Below, piece after piece: positions 60,158 through 64,000 of a stretch of DNA of 64,000 nt. The number at the start of each line of letters is the position of its first letter. Within the stretch, counting starts at the first letter, position 1. This DNA is from a virus. Its lineage: Duplodnaviria > Caudoviricetes. Location of the stretch: IMG/VR virus record IMGVR_UViG_3300020577_010124, positions 64,001-128,000 of that record; one strand, written 5' to 3'. The translations under genes were made by a program, and so were the position numbers. Under the pieces are notes generated by a model that saw nothing but the letters and a program-made list of their open reading frames with translations, did no database searches and was not told where the DNA came from.

Positions 60158-61222
60158 ATGGACTACAAAATAAGCAATTTCAGTTTGGTTCACAAGGCCT
60201 TGCAGGTACTCTGCAAAAGGCTAGACTGTGACTTTATAGACCTTCCTGTAAGATTTGAGGAAGTAGACTCGCCATCCTTTGATAAGCGCGGTATAGTTAT
60301 CAAAAAGGGCAAATCCGTATTAGATACGATGGTCTATATCTATTCAGCATATGTCAATGCAATGGGAGCTATTTGTGGGCGAAACATAGACACGCTGGAA
60401 GCAAGACATTCTTTGACAAATCTCTTCATAGCAATGTTGAGAGATTTTAGAACCGAATACGGTAGCAAATCAGTCTTCAATAGCGACGATACGTTTCTTA
60501 TGAAGCTTGACCAGTTTCCTGTAGTATGGTTGTTGCTTAAAAACATTTTCTGTCCTTATAAGAATCTACCACTAACAAATGCGAGAGTCGTAGCAACTTC
60601 CGCTAGCGATCATGATGTAGCTATTTACGTCAAAGAAGGCGATACGATTGAAAATGGAGACGAGTATCCTTGCATTTTTGTAAACCTTGATATTGAGAAA
60701 AATGCTGTACGTTCGGCTTTTCTTCTAGTTGAAGCTCTAAGACTTCATATGGACGAAAAAGAATCTCCTGAAGCATTGATACGAGAAGTATTTTCTAACT
60801 TCTTTATGAGGGACCGTCTTATTGATTTCCTTGGAATGGCCTTTATCAATGACGACGAGGTTTCGAACTTTTTAGCTGTACTTTCTATTCTTTGTCAATC
60901 AAAAGAAATTGAAGACATTGCTATGGGAGTCAAGAAACTCGGGGACGTAAAAACGGCTCAAGCGAATCCATATGTAGGTAACTGGTGGTTCTTAGGTTTA
61001 CATGAGAAAATGCTAGATTCGGTTCGAGGTCCAGATTGGTCTACGTCTGTTGCTCTAAAGAACTTCAATCAAGAACTTTGGGACAAAGTGGAAGACGAGC
61101 GAAAGAGAAGGGGAATGTCCGAACTTCCTTTTGAACTTTTGTTGAGAGTCCAAAGCGAAGGCTTACAAGCGACTCCTAATCAGACGATGCAAGAGTTGTT
61201 GTCAAAAACAAGAATTTGGTAA
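60158..61222 (+). CDS. Hypothetical protein
   Basis: 354-aa ORF in the co-directional block; no family recognised. Confidence 0.75.
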   Translation: MDYKISNFSLVHKALQVLCKRLDCDFIDLPVRFEEVDSPSFDKRGIVIKKGKSVLDTMVYIYSAYVNAMGAICGRNIDTLEARHSLTNLFIAMLRDFRTEYGSKSVFNSDDTFLMKLDQFPVVWLLLKNIFCPYKNLPLTNARVVATSASDHDVAIYVKEGDTIENGDEYPCIFVNLDIEKNAVRSAFLLVEALRLHMDEKESPEALIREVFSNFFMRDRLIDFLGMAFINDDEVSNFLAVLSILCQSKEIEDIAMGVKKLGDVKTAQANPYVGNWWFLGLHEKMLDSVRGPDWSTSVALKNFNQELWDKVEDERKRRGMSELPFELLLRVQSEGLQATPNQTMQELLSKTRIW

Positions 61223-61231
61223 GGAAGAATT

Positions 61232-61483
61232 ATGCCAGAACCAATTGATTACAATGCAATGACAGAGATCGAGTTCCTTAACAAGTCGGCAGCGACTATG
61301 GCTCGTCATGTAAAAAACATTGAGAACATGCTAACGATGATGCGCAATGGGCAGTTTATTGCTGCATATCAACAGTTGAGCGGAACTTATGAAGGGCTTG
61401 AGTATCTTAATCAAGTAACTAAAACTAGAGTCATCTTCAAGGGGGCAACTAGTGAAACTAATACAAACGCCAAGCCTAATTAA
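61232..61483 (+). CDS. Hypothetical helical protein
   Basis: 83-aa ORF with AAGGAAG upstream; fills the gap in the block. Confidence 0.65.
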   Translation: MPEPIDYNAMTEIEFLNKSAATMARHVKNIENMLTMMRNGQFIAAYQQLSGTYEGLEYLNQVTKTRVIFKGATSETNTNAKPN

Positions 61484-61691
61484 GTTGATGTCTGATCTAA
61501 AGACTCAACCAGGCGTATTCCCTAATGAGAATAATGACGGTCAAGGCGGATTGTTTTATCAAGATCCTGCCGATGATCCTCAATCCATTATAAAGAGATG
61601 GAATCGAAAACAGAGAGTTCCTAAGCAACGCATTTACCAGCTAGGAATAGACGTACCAAGTGTGATAAAGAATAAGCCAGGGATGTTATGA
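61452..61691 (+). CDS. Hypothetical protein
   Basis: 79-aa ORF (GTG 61452, or ATG 61488); its stop forms an ATGA overlap with the helicase. Confidence 0.55.
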   Translation: MKLIQTPSLIKLMSDLKTQPGVFPNENNDGQGGLFYQDPADDPQSIIKRWNRKQRVPKQRIYQLGIDVPSVIKNKPGML

Positions 61692-63226
61692 CCACAGCAG
61701 TAGCTACTGCGATTACTCTTCGCGTAACAGATTCGACAACATATGTTACAGGTAAGCTCTCAAAAGAGATTTATCAAGAGTTCAAAAAGACGCTCGGATA
61801 CAAAGACCCAAATGCTATTTGGCGAGGCAGACAAGCCAAGGCCAAAAACTGGGACGGCTATCTTACGGCTGTTTGTTATAGTAAGACTCACTGTAAATGC
61901 TCTATCAAGAAAGACGGAGTTCACTTTCCCTCTGGATTGTACAGTAGGGCCGCTGATTTTTTCAAGGTCTATGGGGTTCCCTTTTCTGTTGTAGACGAGC
62001 GAAGTAGCTTTGCTAATAATCAAGTCCTTATAGGAACGAATCCTGATTTTCAGGTTCGAGATTATCAGCAAGAAGTTATTGATAAAGCGACTAAACAGCA
62101 ACGAGGCATCATTAAAGTTGCTACGGGCGGAGGTAAGACCGCTATTGGCGCAGGAATTATCTCTAAGCTTGGTGTTGGTCCGTTTATTTTCTATGTAACT
62201 TCTCAAGACCTTTTGCGTCAGGCAAAATCTGAGTTGCAACGATTCCTGAATATCAATGGGCTTCCTATAGACGTTGGCGTTATTGGAGGCGGCAAGTGCG
62301 AAGTTCGAGACGTAAACATCATGACTGTTCAAACAGCATGTAGAGCGCTCGGAGAAAAGTACAAGAAGTTTGACGACGAAGATAGCGAAAAGGAAGAACT
62401 TTCGCAAGAAGCTAAAGACCGTTATGACGTTATTGCTAATCTGATCCATAACGCTAAGGGAATGATCTGCGACGAAGTGCAGCATTGGGCTGCTGAAACG
62501 TGCCAGGTCATTGCTGACCATTCCTATAACGCTAGATTCAGATACGGTCTTTCTGCAACTCCTTGGCGAGATATGGGAGACGATCTCCTTATTGACGCTT
62601 GCTTTGGTCGGCAGATAGCAGATATCAATGCATCCTTTCTTATCAAGAAGGGCATCCTAGTTCGTCCTACAATCTATTTTGTTCATACTCGTAAGAAACT
62701 TGACGACGAGGCGACATACCAGACTGCCTACAAAGAAGGCATTGTGCAAAACGAAGAGCGCAATCTTATGATTGCAAACATTGCGCAGAACATGGTTAGC
62801 GAAAAGCGCAATGTCCTTATTCTTGTCAAGCATATTGAACATGGAACATTGCTTGAAGCATTGATTCCTGATAGCTTCTTTATCAATGGTTCTCATAGCG
62901 ATAAGATGAGAGCGGGTCATATCGAGGAAATGCGAATCAAGAAAGCTCCGATCACTATTGCAACGTCAATCTTTGACGAAGGCGTTGACGTAAAGCCTCT
63001 TGACGGTCTTATCTTGGCTGGTAGTGGTAAGTCGCAAACTCGTGCTTTACAGCGTATTGGTAGAGTTATTCGTACATATGAAGACGTAGCTACAAACTTT
63101 GTGAAGAAAGACGCTTATGTTGTCGATTTTCACGATAACATGAAGTATATGCTCGGTCATAGTAGAGCGCGTCGTCGTATATACGAAACTGAACCCGAGT
63201 TTGTGATTAAGGACTTCAAAGCCTAA
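61688..63226 (+). CDS. uvsW: UvsW-like superfamily 2 DNA helicase
   Basis: N-terminal WDG...FPSGL; RDYQ; Walker A ATGGGKT; motif II ICDEVQH; SATP; IFDEGVD; QRIGRVIR. Confidence 0.8.
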   Translation: MTTAVATAITLRVTDSTTYVTGKLSKEIYQEFKKTLGYKDPNAIWRGRQAKAKNWDGYLTAVCYSKTHCKCSIKKDGVHFPSGLYSRAADFFKVYGVPFSVVDERSSFANNQVLIGTNPDFQVRDYQQEVIDKATKQQRGIIKVATGGGKTAIGAGIISKLGVGPFIFYVTSQDLLRQAKSELQRFLNINGLPIDVGVIGGGKCEVRDVNIMTVQTACRALGEKYKKFDDEDSEKEELSQEAKDRYDVIANLIHNAKGMICDEVQHWAAETCQVIADHSYNARFRYGLSATPWRDMGDDLLIDACFGRQIADINASFLIKKGILVRPTIYFVHTRKKLDDEATYQTAYKEGIVQNEERNLMIANIAQNMVSEKRNVLILVKHIEHGTLLEALIPDSFFINGSHSDKMRAGHIEEMRIKKAPITIATSIFDEGVDVKPLDGLILAGSGKSQTRALQRIGRVIRTYEDVATNFVKKDAYVVDFHDNMKYMLGHSRARRRIYETEPEFVIKDFKA

Positions 63227-63227
63227 T

Positions 63228-64000
63228 ATGCCACGACAGCTTGAAGACACAGGAAATATGTTTGGAGATTCGCCGAGAGACGCTTTCCTAGAAGCGGCTA
63301 TTCAGGCGCAGAATAAGCTTGCTTTTATTCCGAATCCATACGTCGGTAACAAGCGAAAGATGCTTGCTGATATGGGAATGATTATCTATGACACGATTGA
63401 TCTTTCAAAGGTCAATCATGTCTGCGATCTCTTTGCAGGAAGTTCTGTAGTCGGAGCTTTCTTCAAGATGCTAGGGAAGAATGTTTCTTGTAATGACCTA
63501 CTAGCTTCCTCTTATCTGAATGCTGAAGCTGTGCTAAATAATAGCATGAGCGAGAATGGATGCTTGGGTAAAATTGGCAGAGATAAGTGGTATTTTTTGT
63601 TAGAAAATAAAAACACATCTAGTACAGGTTTTGTAGAAAAACATTATACTGATACAAGATTTACTCGCAAAGAAGCGCAATTTATTGACAACTACTACGC
63701 CAACTGCGCTCAGATGTTTGGATCTTCGCTTAACCCAAGCGACTACTCTTCTACCTATTTCCCCAGAGAACGTTTTACTCAAATGGCTGTTATTCAGACC
63801 TCGTTAATCCATCACATAATGGCATATTGTTATGTTGGCGGTCGTTTGAATAGCGGACAGATTATCGCTTCATTGAAACATCGTTTAGAGCATGATCGGA
63901 ATCATAACCAAGAGATTCCCTTTAGGAAAATGAAGCGATTCTCTTTTGAGATACCAGGAAATTATAGTTATTGCGGTCATGGGGACGTAACGAGCTTTTT
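63228..64000 (+). CDS. N6-adenine DNA methyltransferase (D12/Dam-FokI class); 3'-truncated by the window and absent from the ORF track
   Basis: Manual translation from ATG 63228 gives MPRQLED...NPYVGNKRKML...VCDLFAGSSVVG...VSCNDLL...GFVEKHY...FTRKEAQFIDN. The catalytic DPPY motif was not seen within the window. Confidence 0.85.
   Translation, partial: MPRQLEDTGNMFGDSPRDAFLEAAIQAQNKLAFIPNPYVGNKRKMLADMGMIIYDTIDLSKVNHVCDLFAGSSVVGAFFKMLGKNVSCNDLLASSYLNAEAVLNNSMSENGCLGKIGRDKWYFLLENKNTSSTGFVEKHYTDTRFTRKEAQFIDNYYANCAQMFGSSLNPSDYSSTYFPRERFTQMAVIQTSLIHHIMAYCYVGGRLNSGQIIASLKHRLEHDRNHNQEIPFRKMKRFSFEIPGNYSYCGHGDVTSF

Larger units (their letters stand above)
1..64000 (+). mobile_element. Segment of a very large tailed bacteriophage genome (virion structural module followed by glycosyltransferase and DNA metabolism genes)
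   Basis: All long ORFs are on one strand with almost no intergenic space. The block has a baseplate hub-like gene, fibre-like genes, a phage-type metallophosphoesterase, a UvsW-like helicase and an adenine MTase. No cellular housekeeping genes are present. Confidence 0.85.

Noticed and set aside
1348-63782. Numerous short minus-strand and nested plus-strand ORFs in the track, including the 253-aa ORF at 61760-62521
   Set aside because: All lie within long + strand genes that have coherent motifs, and none shows a recognisable family. They are treated as shadow ORFs.

Overview
The window is a single, almost gap-free, + strand gene block from what is most likely a very large tailed bacteriophage (jumbo/huge-phage type), read in the standard genetic code. 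Positions 1-56340 hold 15 virion-type genes totalling about 18,400 aa, eight of them over 1,100 aa. They include a baseplate hub-like protein, two paralogous fibre-anchor proteins, and giant mosaics of FN3, Ig-like, LamG, DUF642, Asp-box/NHL/Reg_prop/Kelch propeller and VWA modules, plus putative glycan-degrading TIM-barrel domains. One GT4 glycosyltransferase is embedded in this block and three more (GT2, GT4, GT2) directly follow it. After these come a metallophosphoesterase, three hypotheticals, a UvsW-like SF2 helicase and an adenine DNA methyltransferase that runs off the window end and is missing from the ORF track. The most notable observations are: (i) a candidate self-glycosylated giant virion appendage system; (ii) repeated nested domain insertion, including a VWA domain split by about 2,050 aa and a permuted FN3 array inside a fibre-anchor domain; (iii) a hyaluronidase (GH56)-like domain with NWE in place of DWE; (iv) no CCGG found anywhere in the 64 kb by eye. 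All domain calls are by-eye motif recognition and no searches were run. No tRNA, rRNA, CRISPR array, integrase or reverse transcriptase was seen.
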